Assembly (NCBI RefSeq): GCF_947496075.1
Contig: NZ_CANMBJ010000003.1
Location: forward strand, 87,834 to 151,833
Direction: 5' to 3'
DNA: 64,000 nucleotides
Origin: an uncultured Tateyamaria sp.
GTDB lineage: Bacteria; Pseudomonadota; Alphaproteobacteria; Rhodobacterales; Rhodobacteraceae
Positions 36,943-45,853 of the stretch are shown piece after piece; the first letter of the stretch is position 1; each line of letters begins with the position of its first letter. The translations under genes were made by a program, and so were the position numbers. The notes beneath the pieces were generated by a model. It had not been told where the DNA came from. It did no database searches and worked only from the letters and a program-made list of their open reading frames with translations.

Positions 36943-37335
36943 ATGACATCCACAATGAGAATGGTTTACGGACTGCTGGCCGCAGTCAGCCTGATGGCCT
37001 GCGCACCGGACAATGGGGAACCTGATCTGAGCGCTACCCGTGGTGAAAAGCTCTATTTCCAGAAATGCGCTTCGTGTCACGGGGTCGATGGCAAGGGCGG
37101 TAGCGCGCCCGACCTGACCACGTTGTCTGCGCAAAACAGGGGCATCTTCCCCCGGAATTTCGTAATGAGCGTCATTGATGGCTTCAATCGACGCGATCAC
37201 CCCAACTCTGTTATGCCTGAGTTCGGAAACGAAGACTTGGGACCGACTGTTCAGGTCGAGGATGGGGGGGCGACCACACCGACACCATCCGATCTGATTG
37301 CTCTGGCGGCCTATCTGGAAAGTATTCAGAGGTAG
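36943..37335 (+). CDS. monoheme c-type cytochrome (lipoprotein-like signal)
   Basis: CASCH heme-binding motif, signal peptide ending LMAC, aggagagg RBS. Confidence 0.8.
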   Translation: MTSTMRMVYGLLAAVSLMACAPDNGEPDLSATRGEKLYFQKCASCHGVDGKGGSAPDLTTLSAQNRGIFPRNFVMSVIDGFNRRDHPNSVMPEFGNEDLGPTVQVEDGGATTPTPSDLIALAAYLESIQR

Positions 37336-37543
37336 CGGTCAGCCTTTGCCGAATTGTGCGATCTGCGCCAGCGCGTTTCGCTGCAGTGCAACTTCCCTCT
37401 GTGACGCACGCACGATCCCTTCAAGAGTCTCGTAGCCTTCAAGTTCGGTTTTGAGGTCCTGCGTGCGCCAGCCCAGTTCGACATACCGGGCTTCGATCAT
37501 GTTTCGAAGGCGGTGTGATCTGTTAGTGTTCAGTCCCCGTTTG

Positions 37544-37969
37544 TCAGTGAAGCATTGCTGGTCCCGTCTTGACTGCCGCCAGTGCTTGAATACGTGCAGT
37601 CAAAGCGTCGAAGAACAGGCTCCGGAACGCGCGATGGCGCTTCAGAACGGAGGCGCACACGTCGTAGGTCATGCTGAGCATCCGCAGATCGCGTGTAGCA
37701 TAGGCGCAAGTGTTGCGCACATCTGCCTGAAGGATCACGGTTGGTCCTGAAAGCTCGACCACAAATCCGCATCGCCACGCCGCGCGCAAGTCACCCGTGA
37801 GCACAATTGCAAGGTCGGCATGGTCTTCGAGGGTCATGCGTCGGCCGCATTCAACAGCATCCATCAGAACGTCGCCGTATGGCTCAAATCCGCTGCCGAC
37901 AAGGTAAGCCAATTCATCGGTGATATGACATGTTCCATGCATTGCGTCCGTTCCATATTCCTGTCGCAT
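37544..37969 (-). CDS. hypothetical protein (141 aa)
   Basis: The ORF has a FixK-type box 34 nt upstream. No family recognised. An out-of-frame open continuation lies downstream (see findings). Confidence 0.4.
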   Translation of the reverse strand: MRQEYGTDAMHGTCHITDELAYLVGSGFEPYGDVLMDAVECGRRMTLEDHADLAIVLTGDLRAAWRCGFVVELSGPTVILQADVRNTCAYATRDLRMLSMTYDVCASVLKRHRAFRSLFFDALTARIQALAAVKTGPAMLH

Positions 37970-38002
37970 GGCTCAACTTAGGTTGCCCCATGCGGACCGG
38001 TA

Positions 38003-38016
38003 TTGAGAATTGTCAA
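38003..38016. promoter_or_regulatory. FixK/FNR-type box TTGAGAATTGTCAA
   Basis: TTGA-N6-TCAA core, upstream of ORF 37544..37969 (-). Confidence 0.5.
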
Positions 38017-38030
38017 CGCTGTTGCGGGTC

Positions 38031-39068
38031 TCAGCGCAAACTGTAGTAGACCAGCATACTTGCAACGAAACTGATCAAAACCAGCACGGAATCCAGGCCA
38101 ACATTGCCAAGTCTGGGTTTGCGCCGGATGAGTAGCCCCGTCAGGAAGATGGCCGTTACAACAATTGCAAAGCCGAGTGATGTCAGCACGATCGGTGAAG
38201 TCGTGCGCAAAACGGGCCCCGAGTGAAACAGAATGTCGGCAGGAAAAACCAAGACCAGCATAATCAGATTGCTGCCAAATATATTAGAAATCGCCAATGT
38301 GTACGCCCCCATGCGCACCGCAGTGATGCTTGTGGTCAACTCCGGCAGGGACGTGGCAGCCGCCAACAATGTGACACCTATGAAGCTGGTGCCAAGCCCG
38401 GATTGAATAGCCATGCTTTCTGCGCTGAGCACCAGGAGACTGCCAAAGATCAAAATCACCGCACAAGCCAGCACGGCTTGTGTGGTGAGGAATTTCGTAG
38501 ACGCTTTGGTCAGGCCGGTGGGTGCTGGAAATGGCAAAGGGTCGGGGTCAGGGAGGTCTACCGGAACCCAGTCGCTGGCTTCGTCATAGCTGCGCGGCAA
38601 CCAAAGCGCGCCAGCATAGACCACAGCGAGGATCACCGAACCTGCACCCACGCCCGCAATGGCGAACGGCTCGCCCATCATCAGGATCACGATCACCAGC
38701 CCAAGCATCAGAACAAGCAGAGTCGCCTCAAGCGCGTGATTTGCTTTACGCGGGTAGTTGGTGATTGCTCCGCGCGCCCAGAAGTCCGACATCGCCAGAA
38801 TCGCCGTCTGCAATGCGATACCGCCAAAAAGGTTGTTCAAAACCAGCGCTTGTGCCCCCTGCACCGCGGCCGTCAATGTGGTGGCGATTTCCGGCAGGGA
38901 CGTTGCCGTGGAAAGAAACACAAGGCCCACAACGGACTTTGCCAGTTTTAAACGATCCGACAGTGCATCCGCCAGATAGGCCAGTCGTGCTCCAGCCACC
39001 CAGACGGCAAAGGCGCTGATGGCAAAGACCAGCATTGTCAAAGGCAGGCTGCTGCTGAGGTATCCCAT
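38031..39068 (-). CDS. CaCA-family sodium/calcium (cation/H+) exchanger membrane protein
   Basis: Two alpha-repeat motifs (TSLPEIATTLTA and TSLPELTTSITA, each followed by GSNL/NNLFGG) and about 10 TM segments. Confidence 0.8.
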   Translation of the reverse strand: MGYLSSSLPLTMLVFAISAFAVWVAGARLAYLADALSDRLKLAKSVVGLVFLSTATSLPEIATTLTAAVQGAQALVLNNLFGGIALQTAILAMSDFWARGAITNYPRKANHALEATLLVLMLGLVIVILMMGEPFAIAGVGAGSVILAVVYAGALWLPRSYDEASDWVPVDLPDPDPLPFPAPTGLTKASTKFLTTQAVLACAVILIFGSLLVLSAESMAIQSGLGTSFIGVTLLAAATSLPELTTSITAVRMGAYTLAISNIFGSNLIMLVLVFPADILFHSGPVLRTTSPIVLTSLGFAIVVTAIFLTGLLIRRKPRLGNVGLDSVLVLISFVASMLVYYSLR

Positions 39069-39135
39069 GCAGGCGGCTTAAGCGTGCCGCTTGGTGACGG
39101 GTCTGACATTTCTCAAGCCGGAGCATCTGCCGGGC

Positions 39136-39149
39136 TTGAGCAAAATCAA
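39136..39149. promoter_or_regulatory. FixK/FNR-type box TTGAGCAAAATCAA
   Basis: Lies in the divergent gap between the exchanger start (39068) and the M50 protease start (39199). Confidence 0.6.
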
Positions 39150-39198
39150 CGGTGCTCTGCCACGCGTAGTTTACGCTGACCACAAGGGGACAGTCGCT

Positions 39199-40371
39199 AT
39201 GTTTTCAAATGCTCGCACCATCATCACCATTTTTGGCTTCCATATCCGGGTCGATCCCAGTTGGGTCCTGATTGCAGGTCTGATCACTTGGAGCCTCTAT
39301 CAGCACACTTTTCCCGCCGTCTTGCCCGGTCTGTCGAGCTGGACATATGCGACGATGGCTCTTCTTGGTATGCTGCTCTTTTTCGCCTCACTTGTGGGTC
39401 ATGAGTTGGCCCATGCGGTGACGGCCCGGCGCTTTGGGGTCGACACGCGGAACATCACGCTCTTCCTGTTCGGCGGTGTTGCCGAGCTTGCGCAGGAGCC
39501 CGCCAGAGCCATGCACGAGTTCTGGATCGCGCTCGCTGGCCCGCTGATGAGCCTTGCCCTGGCCGCGATGTTTTGGACATTTGCCGTGTTAGGTGCGGTG
39601 TTCTTCGGGATGGGTCCGGTGGTTGAGGTGTTGCACTATCTTGCGCTGATCAATTTGGTGCTCGCGATCTTCAACTTGCTGCCAGCCTTTCCACTGGATG
39701 GGGGGCGTATCTTGCGTGCGTGGTTGTGGCGGCGCAGCGGGGATATACTGGCGGCCACGGAAACCGCCGCCCAATCCGGCACAGTCCTTGCCTACGCTTT
39801 GATGGGGCTGGGTCTGCTCGGTCTGTTCCAAGGGGCGGTGGTCGCTGGTTTCTGGCAGATCCTGATTGGCTTGTTTGTTCTTGCGGCCGCGCGCAGCAGC
39901 CTTGATGCGCAGCGCACCAGGACACTGCTGGGTCCACGCGACGTGCGGGCGTTGATGACAACCGAGGTTGTGACAACGGAAGCCGGGACCAGTCTGGCCG
40001 CACTGGTCAATCAGGTGATGCTGCCAAAACGTATCGGTTTTGTGCCTGTTGTCGAAGACGGGCAACTGCTGGGCCACATAGACATTGATGTGATCAACGG
40101 TATCGACCGCGAAAACTGGGCCAATACCACGGTGGATGACGTCTTTGTCGAATTGGATCAAGCGGTCTGCATTCCTCCGGATTTGCCCGTTCTGGATCTG
40201 ATGGAACGTATTTCACGAACTGGTCAACGCAAGTTCATGGTGGTCGCAGGCAGCCTCCTGCTGGGCGTCGTTTCGCTGTCCGATCTTACCCGATACCTTG
40301 GACTGCTGGCGATGTTGGGAAAAGGGAGCAACGCAGCCGCTCCGACGCAAGCCTGGAGCGAACCCTCTTGA
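39199..40371 (+). CDS. M50 site-2-protease-family metalloprotease with tandem CBS domains
   Basis: HELAHAVTARRFG (HExxH) and NLLPAFPLDGGRIL (LDG motif). The C-terminal ~130 aa are CBS-like (VMTTEVVT..., VPVVEDGQLLGHI..., KFMVVAGSLLLGVVSLSDL). Start taken at ATG 39199; the ORF is open from 39091. Confidence 0.85.
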   Translation: MFSNARTIITIFGFHIRVDPSWVLIAGLITWSLYQHTFPAVLPGLSSWTYATMALLGMLLFFASLVGHELAHAVTARRFGVDTRNITLFLFGGVAELAQEPARAMHEFWIALAGPLMSLALAAMFWTFAVLGAVFFGMGPVVEVLHYLALINLVLAIFNLLPAFPLDGGRILRAWLWRRSGDILAATETAAQSGTVLAYALMGLGLLGLFQGAVVAGFWQILIGLFVLAAARSSLDAQRTRTLLGPRDVRALMTTEVVTTEAGTSLAALVNQVMLPKRIGFVPVVEDGQLLGHIDIDVINGIDRENWANTTVDDVFVELDQAVCIPPDLPVLDLMERISRTGQRKFMVVAGSLLLGVVSLSDLTRYLGLLAMLGKGSNAAAPTQAWSEPS

Positions 40372-40434
40372 CTCAAATCATGGCGGATTGATGCATCCCG
40401 GTTAACGTGATCCTAAAATGATGGAACTTGATCC

Positions 40435-41961
40435 TTGGACCACAACCGCGACGCAGCCCTTCTTACCGCTCTGATGGACGCCGCCGCCGATGCAATCATC
40501 GTCGCTGACCGACACGGCGTAATGCAGCGCATCAACCCCGCAGCAGAGCAGCTGTTCGGGTTCAGCACAAGCGTCTTTGTCGGGCAAAGCGTGAACGTGC
40601 TGATGCCCAAAGCGCTGGCGGATGTGCATGACGGGTTTATGGCACATCACCTCGAAACGGGTGAGAAGCGGATTATCGGTATCGGACGCGATGTGGAAGG
40701 GAAGCGGCAGGACGGAACGGTTTTTCCCTTACATCTGTCGGTTGGGAGCGCCGAAGTTGGCGGTGACACAGTGTTCATTGCCATTCTGCACGACCTGACG
40801 GAACGTCACGCAGCGCAAGAGGCTTTGGCCCGCTCCCAACGATTGGATGCGGTCGGTCAACTCACGGGCGGCGTTGCACATGACTTCAACAATCTACTGA
40901 CAGTGATCATCGGCAATCTTGAGCTGTTGCAGATGCGCGGCGCAGACGAACGTCAGACTGGCCTGATCGACGATGCGCTAACATCTGCAGAACTGGGCGC
41001 AGACCTGACCCGGCGCCTTTTGGTCTTCGCGCGCAAGGGCGACCTGAAACCTGTCGAAGTCGATTTGCGTGCACAATGCCGCGATGCACTTGCGATCCTG
41101 AGACGCACGATCGGGGAGCGGTACCAGATCCGAACCGACTTTGCGAAGACAGTCAGCAAGGTGATGATCGACCCGGTGCAACTACAATCCGCGCTGATCA
41201 ACCTCGCTCTCAATGCCCGCGATGCAATGCCCGAGGGTGGAGAGTTCCTGATCTCTGTCGCCGATATCACCATCGACGATCACTACATGGCGCAAGAGAC
41301 TGATATTCAGCCGGGGCATTACGTCAGGCTGTTTGTCAGCGACGACGGCGAGGGAATGCCGCTTGAAGCCCAACGCCGCGCGTTTGAGCCGTTCTTCACG
41401 ACGAAGGCCGAAAGCGGTGGCACGGGTCTCGGCCTCGCTATGGTTTATGGCTTTGTGCGGCAGTCCGGCGGTCACATCACGCTGTACAGCGAATTGGGGC
41501 ATGGAACGAGCTTTGGCCTCTACTTTCCTGCGCTGCGGCCCGCCAGCACACCCCAAACGAGTGGCGAGGACAGGATGGGCAATGACCTGCCTCGCGGCAC
41601 AGGCCAGGTTGTTCTGGTTGTCGAGGACAACCCCCATGTGCGCAAACTGTCCGTCGCGCGGATACGCGATTTGGGTTACCAAACACTGGAAGCGACAAGC
41701 GGAGATGACGCCTATGCCTTGTTGGGCACCGGGTTACGGGTAGATGTGCTGTTCTCTGATCTGGTGATGCCGGGATCGCTCAACGGCTATGACCTGGCCG
41801 CCAAGGTCCGCGCGGAGCATCCGCACGTCAAAATACTCCTGACGTCGGGCTATGCTAGCGATGTGGTCACCGGCAAAATGGGAGCAACGGGCGAATACAG
41901 AATCCTGCACAAGCCGTATCGCCATTCGGATCTGGCCGAACGGCTTCAGGCGCTTTTGTGA
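40435..41961 (+). CDS. FixL-type heme-PAS oxygen-sensor hybrid histidine kinase (PAS-HisKA-HATPase-REC)
   Basis: [35 protein letters not shown]...VHDGF...[25 protein letters not shown]...ILHDLTERH aligns motif-for-motif with the Bradyrhizobium FixL heme domain as recalled (DAMIVIDGHG..AAERLFGWS..GQNVNILMP..RHDSY..IIGIGRIVTGKRRDGTTFPMHLSIG..VRDLTEH). The proximal His codon is at 40627-40629. H-box HDFNNLL. C-terminal receiver (VLVVEDN...LFSDLVMPG). The start is TTG 40435 or ATG 40474. Confidence 0.85.
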   Translation: MDHNRDAALLTALMDAAADAIIVADRHGVMQRINPAAEQLFGFSTSVFVGQSVNVLMPKALADVHDGFMAHHLETGEKRIIGIGRDVEGKRQDGTVFPLHLSVGSAEVGGDTVFIAILHDLTERHAAQEALARSQRLDAVGQLTGGVAHDFNNLLTVIIGNLELLQMRGADERQTGLIDDALTSAELGADLTRRLLVFARKGDLKPVEVDLRAQCRDALAILRRTIGERYQIRTDFAKTVSKVMIDPVQLQSALINLALNARDAMPEGGEFLISVADITIDDHYMAQETDIQPGHYVRLFVSDDGEGMPLEAQRRAFEPFFTTKAESGGTGLGLAMVYGFVRQSGGHITLYSELGHGTSFGLYFPALRPASTPQTSGEDRMGNDLPRGTGQVVLVVEDNPHVRKLSVARIRDLGYQTLEATSGDDAYALLGTGLRVDVLFSDLVMPGSLNGYDLAAKVRAEHPHVKILLTSGYASDVVTGKMGATGEYRILHKPYRHSDLAERLQALL

Positions 41962-42716
41962 AGCGTTTCAAACGGTTTGCAATCCACGTCGCAAGCAAAT
42001 GTATATCCTACGCCACGCACCGTCTTGATAAGGCGTGGGTCGGACGGGTTGCGCTCGATCTTCTTGCGTAGCCGCGCCACCTGGTTGTCGATGGTTCGGT
42101 CAAGGGGTGACCATTCCACGCCTCCAGTCAGATCCATGAGTTGGTCTCGCGACAATACCCGTTTGGGCCGTTCCAGAAAGACCTTCAGCAAGTTGAAATC
42201 ACCACTGGTCAGTGCACAGTCGGAACCGGTGCGGTCCATGACCTGCATCCGATCTGGGACCGCGATTATGCCGTCAAAGTAATAGGCCGCACTGTCGGGC
42301 ACAGTGGCAGGGGTAGGCGCGCGCTTTTGGACGTCGGCTTCGGCAAACTGGTGACGCCGCAGAACGGCACGAATGCGGGCGATGACCTCGCGCAGATGAA
42401 AAGGTTTCGTGATGTAATCATCCGCCCCGATTTCCAGCCCAACAACGCGGTCGATTACGTCATCCTTGCCAGTGACCATTACGATGGGCACAGTCGATAC
42501 CTTGCGGATCTCGCGCGCCAGATCGAGCCCATTGTCCTGACCCAAATGAATGTCGAGGGTGATAAGGCAGGGCGCGCTGTTTTTAACATGCTCAAGCACT
42601 TCTGCGCCATTTGCAGCCTCCTGAACTGCAAAACCATCATCTTCCAGCACATTTCGCAGCAAGGCGCGCACCTTGAGGTCGTCTTCCACGACCAGAATTG
42701 TCGGCTGTTTGCCCAT
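41946..42716 (-). CDS. OmpR-family response regulator (REC plus winged helix)
   Basis: ILVVEDD...ITLDIHLG...ADDYITKPF and LTSGDFNLLKVFLERPKRVLSRDQL...DRTIDNQVARLRKKIE...IKTVRGVGY. Start taken at MGKQPT (42716). The 3' end overlaps the kinase 3' end by 16 nt. Confidence 0.9.
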   Translation of the reverse strand: MGKQPTILVVEDDLKVRALLRNVLEDDGFAVQEAANGAEVLEHVKNSAPCLITLDIHLGQDNGLDLAREIRKVSTVPIVMVTGKDDVIDRVVGLEIGADDYITKPFHLREVIARIRAVLRRHQFAEADVQKRAPTPATVPDSAAYYFDGIIAVPDRMQVMDRTGSDCALTSGDFNLLKVFLERPKRVLSRDQLMDLTGGVEWSPLDRTIDNQVARLRKKIERNPSDPRLIKTVRGVGYTFACDVDCKPFETLHKSA

Positions 42717-42878
42717 GATCCCCTCACCGGGTTTATGCAAATGCACCACGTGCCCCCGGAAACGGTGCGCATCGGCTAGGGGAGCGTTACAATTTGATAC
42801 AAAACTGTCCTGCTCAACCATACGTAAGATTACAGTCTGCGTCCAACAAGGTCCTGGGACAGCCTAGGGGGACCACAG

Positions 42879-43550
42879 ATGTATATCACTTTGTCAGCTG
42901 AAGAACGTCCAATGCCTGCCGTTTTAGGAGGGGATGAACGTGCGCGCAAATCGCTGACCACACGACTGCCACAGGGCAAATACCTTTACCGCGAAGGGGA
43001 TGTGGTCGAGCGCATTTATCAGGTGATGACTGGGGTTGTGCGCCTAACACGGATGCTGGAAAACGGTCGGCGACAGGTGATCGCGTTCGGCTACCCCGGC
43101 GATATCATTGGTTTTCCCGCCAATGGGTGCCACCACGCCGATTGCGACGCGTTGGTCGATACCACCTTGCGCGCGTATCGCCGTGCGGCCCTTGATCACG
43201 GTGATGGCGACCCGGAATTGCATACGGCACTGTTGCAGGCTGCGTTGGGCGAAATCAGCGCCATGCAGGATCACGTCATGATGCTTGGGCTGAAATCCGC
43301 TGCCGAGAAGGTTGCATCGTTCCTCGATGTAATCAGCCGTCGGTACGGCGAAGATCTGGGGGCCTATCGTCAGATCGAGTTGCCCATGAGCCGCAGCGAC
43401 ATTGCCGACTTTCTCGGCCTCACAACAGAGACGGTCAGCCGCGCGGTGACCGCCCTGCGCAAGGCCGGTGTGATCTCACTTGATGGGGCGCAAATGATCA
43501 TCGTGCTAAAACCCGACACCCTTGCTGAGTTGTCGCAGGGCGAGGACTAG
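42879..43550 (+). CDS. CRP/FNR-family transcriptional regulator (FixK-like; no N-terminal Cys cluster seen)
   Basis: cNMP-binding-like barrel (YLYREGDVVERIYQVMTGVVRL) and a C-terminal HTH (MSRSDIADFLGLTTETVSRAVTALRKAG). Confidence 0.85.
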   Translation: MYITLSAEERPMPAVLGGDERARKSLTTRLPQGKYLYREGDVVERIYQVMTGVVRLTRMLENGRRQVIAFGYPGDIIGFPANGCHHADCDALVDTTLRAYRRAALDHGDGDPELHTALLQAALGEISAMQDHVMMLGLKSAAEKVASFLDVISRRYGEDLGAYRQIELPMSRSDIADFLGLTTETVSRAVTALRKAGVISLDGAQMIIVLKPDTLAELSQGED

Positions 43551-43969
43551 GGTGCTGCCCAGTACACGCGCATCTCCTCGGGAAGACATGCGCGTACATC
43601 CTCGACCTCACCGTGGCTGATCCTGTTGTTCAGCAGATCAAAGACGTATCTGGCATCCTCCGCTCCGCGAAACTCGGATGTATCCGTCATCGCTTCGGCA
43701 ATGGTGGGTCCAAAACGCAGATCAGTGTTCGGCGTGTGCTTGGGCTGCCACCCTTCAAACATGATGCCGCGCACCAGCAACGGCAACTGCGCAGAAAACT
43801 GTGCCATCTCGTTCTCGGGCAGCCGGTCCCGCAAACACTGCAACGTGACACGCAGTAATCGCAGCGCGCTTCGTTTCGACGTATAGCCGACCCGCTCTGC
43901 CAGTTCGTTGATCCACTCGTGCGTCAGGTGCACGGTATGGTCGATCACTTCGAGACCCTGATTGGACAT
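43547..43969 (-). CDS. DUF2267-domain protein
   Basis: HTVHLTHEWINELAERVGYTSKRSALRLLRVTLQCLRDRLPENEMAQFSAQLPLLVRGIMFEGWQP fits the DUF2267 pattern as recalled. Confidence 0.6.
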   Translation of the reverse strand: MSNQGLEVIDHTVHLTHEWINELAERVGYTSKRSALRLLRVTLQCLRDRLPENEMAQFSAQLPLLVRGIMFEGWQPKHTPNTDLRFGPTIAEAMTDTSEFRGAEDARYVFDLLNNRISHGEVEDVRACLPEEMRVYWAAP

Positions 43970-43984
43970 AAAATATCCTCCTTT

Positions 43985-45178
43985 TCAGGTTTTGGGATTG
44001 TCTTGGTCGACCGGCTGCATATCCAAGTCGAACGCAGGATCAATATCAGGCACAAGGGCCAGGAGGGCGGCATGGGTCATGGCGCCAACACCCAGCAGAA
44101 CCAGTGTGTAGTTCGCCACCCATCCGACGAAGGGGATGAAGTTCAACAAAGCGACGGCGATGATGGCGGCAGCAAAAACCACCAAACGTGTGACGTTGTG
44201 CGGATCGACCTCACCCCCCAGGCCAATCCAAACACGCATCGCCACCGCATAGGCACCAAGCGCATAGGCCAACGTCCAGACCAACACGATAGACAAGATC
44301 GCGACAGGCACAAACGGGATCCCCACGATTGTCAGGCCAGTCACCGGCACCGCGCCAAACAGGATCGAAAGCCCAACCACCCCTTGAAGCAAAGTGCGCC
44401 CTGGCGCCGCTCCAATGGATTTGCGCAGCCACGATACATGCCGAGGTGCGAACCCCAGCGCGATGGCACCAAGCAGGACGAAGAACAGCAAGGTCACCAG
44501 AAAACCAAAGAAAACAGAGGCGAAGGTCGGGAAGATCGGCATCTCCCGTATCCCGTCCCATTCACGCAAAAGGGCGCCGCCAGTCAGTGGTTCAAACGTG
44601 ACGCGCGCGGCTGGTGCCACACGCTCCGGTACGTCCATTCTGGTGTCGGTTGTGTATGTCAGGCGGCCCGCGACCACCGCCTTGGGCCCGAAGCGGAGTG
44701 TTTTGGCCAAAACCAGCGCGTCACCCGTCACTGGCGCATTCAGCAGCACATCACGCCCGGAAACGGACAGCGCACCGTCAATCGGCCCGTCCACAATGAC
44801 CGTCGCCCCTGCAAGCCGCGCATTGCCCCCAACACGTGATGTTGTATCCGTTCGGACGGTGAAACCTGCGGCAGTCAGATCTTGCCCCACCGTGCCCTTC
44901 AGCGTCACGGTCGCCCCAGCGGCATAGGCGTCTTCGCCCACATCAGCCTCAATCAGGACGTCAAAGCCTGCAACATGAAAGTCTTCATTGGCCTGGCCCA
45001 GCACCGTCGTAGACCGCCCCGCAACAAAGGCATCACCGGATACCTCCAGCGTTTGGGTAATGGTCTCGCCCGATACAAACGTGTCGCCCCCATGTTCGGT
45101 CACCACCGTCTCGGCGCTACCCGTCGAAACGCACAGAGCAAAACCGATCAGCACAGCTGGTAAATAAGTCTTTCGCAT
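43985..45178 (-). CDS. membrane protein: signal peptide, beta-helix/bactofilin-like repeat ectodomain, polytopic C-terminal half
   Basis: MRKTYLPAVLIGFALCVSTGSA signal peptide. Repeated xVxGDAxVAG / DLTAAGFTV / ARLAGATVIVDG units, then about 5 TM helices. Start taken at ATG 45178. Confidence 0.5.
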   Translation of the reverse strand: MRKTYLPAVLIGFALCVSTGSAETVVTEHGGDTFVSGETITQTLEVSGDAFVAGRSTTVLGQANEDFHVAGFDVLIEADVGEDAYAAGATVTLKGTVGQDLTAAGFTVRTDTTSRVGGNARLAGATVIVDGPIDGALSVSGRDVLLNAPVTGDALVLAKTLRFGPKAVVAGRLTYTTDTRMDVPERVAPAARVTFEPLTGGALLREWDGIREMPIFPTFASVFFGFLVTLLFFVLLGAIALGFAPRHVSWLRKSIGAAPGRTLLQGVVGLSILFGAVPVTGLTIVGIPFVPVAILSIVLVWTLAYALGAYAVAMRVWIGLGGEVDPHNVTRLVVFAAAIIAVALLNFIPFVGWVANYTLVLLGVGAMTHAALLALVPDIDPAFDLDMQPVDQDNPKT

Positions 45179-45231
45179 CTCAACCGCTCCCTTTCTGCAG
45201 CGACTGGATACAGCGCGTTCCTGAATTCCGA

Positions 45232-45245
45232 TTGACAACGATCAA
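45232..45245. promoter_or_regulatory. FixK/FNR-type box TTGACAACGATCAA
   Basis: Lies in the divergent gap between the membrane-protein start (45178) and the Hsp20 start (45310). Confidence 0.6.
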
Positions 45246-45309
45246 TCGGGACCCGTGCCGATTTGCTAGTTTAGGAGGGCAGAAAACAAATGAACCAGAA
45301 AGGAGACCC

Positions 45310-45795
45310 ATGGTGTCCAAGCCGAACCTTCCCACCCAAACGGGCAGCTTCTACCCGCCTTTTTTTCAATCTTTACAAAAAGAAATGGCACAGATGCTTG
45401 ACCATCTGCGTGGCACAGCGACCCCGCAACCGACCGAGGGTTTCTTTTCCAGCGGTAGCATGCTCGTGCCCGCTATCGATGTGGCCGAAACCGACACGGG
45501 GCTGGAAATCAGCGCCGACATTCCCGGCGTGAGCGAGGAGAACCTGGACGTCACAGTTCAGGGCGATACGCTTGTCATCAAGGGCGAGAAAAGCACCAAC
45601 AAGGAGGAAAAGGAAAAAGACTTTCACCTTGTCGAGCGTCGCCATGGCAGCTTTCGCCGGCACATTCCGCTTGGGTTTGTGCCGGACAAGGGCGCGGTCG
45701 CGGCTGACTTCTCCAACGGTGTTCTCACATTGAAAATCGACCGTCCCGAAAACGCGACGACCGGCGTTCAAAAGGTCGACATCAACACATCATAA
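45310..45795 (+). CDS. Hsp20/alpha-crystallin small heat-shock protein
   Basis: PAIDVAETDTGLEISADIPGVSEENLDVTVQGDTLVIKGEK...ERRHGSFRRHIPL...ADFSNGVLTLKI. aggag RBS before ATG 45310. Confidence 0.9.
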   Translation: MVSKPNLPTQTGSFYPPFFQSLQKEMAQMLDHLRGTATPQPTEGFFSSGSMLVPAIDVAETDTGLEISADIPGVSEENLDVTVQGDTLVIKGEKSTNKEEKEKDFHLVERRHGSFRRHIPLGFVPDKGAVAADFSNGVLTLKIDRPENATTGVQKVDINTS

Positions 45796-45800
45796 AGCAC

Positions 45801-45829
45801 TCGGCCCGGCAGCACATGGGCCGGGCCGA
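45801..45829 (+). other. GC-rich stem-loop between hsp20 and usp (9-bp perfect stem, no U-tract)
   Basis: TCGGCCCGG-(11 nt)-CCGGGCCGA. Confidence 0.4.
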
Positions 45830-45853
45830 AACCACCAGTCCGGAGGGGATTTT

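Noticed and set aside
40372-42878. TTGAT half-sites upstream of the FixL-like kinase (TTGATGCATCCCGG) and of the CRP/FNR gene (TTGATACAAAACTG).
   Set aside because: The second half-site is missing (no TCAA at N6 spacing), so they are not counted as boxes. They are mentioned only as possible weak or auto-regulatory sites.
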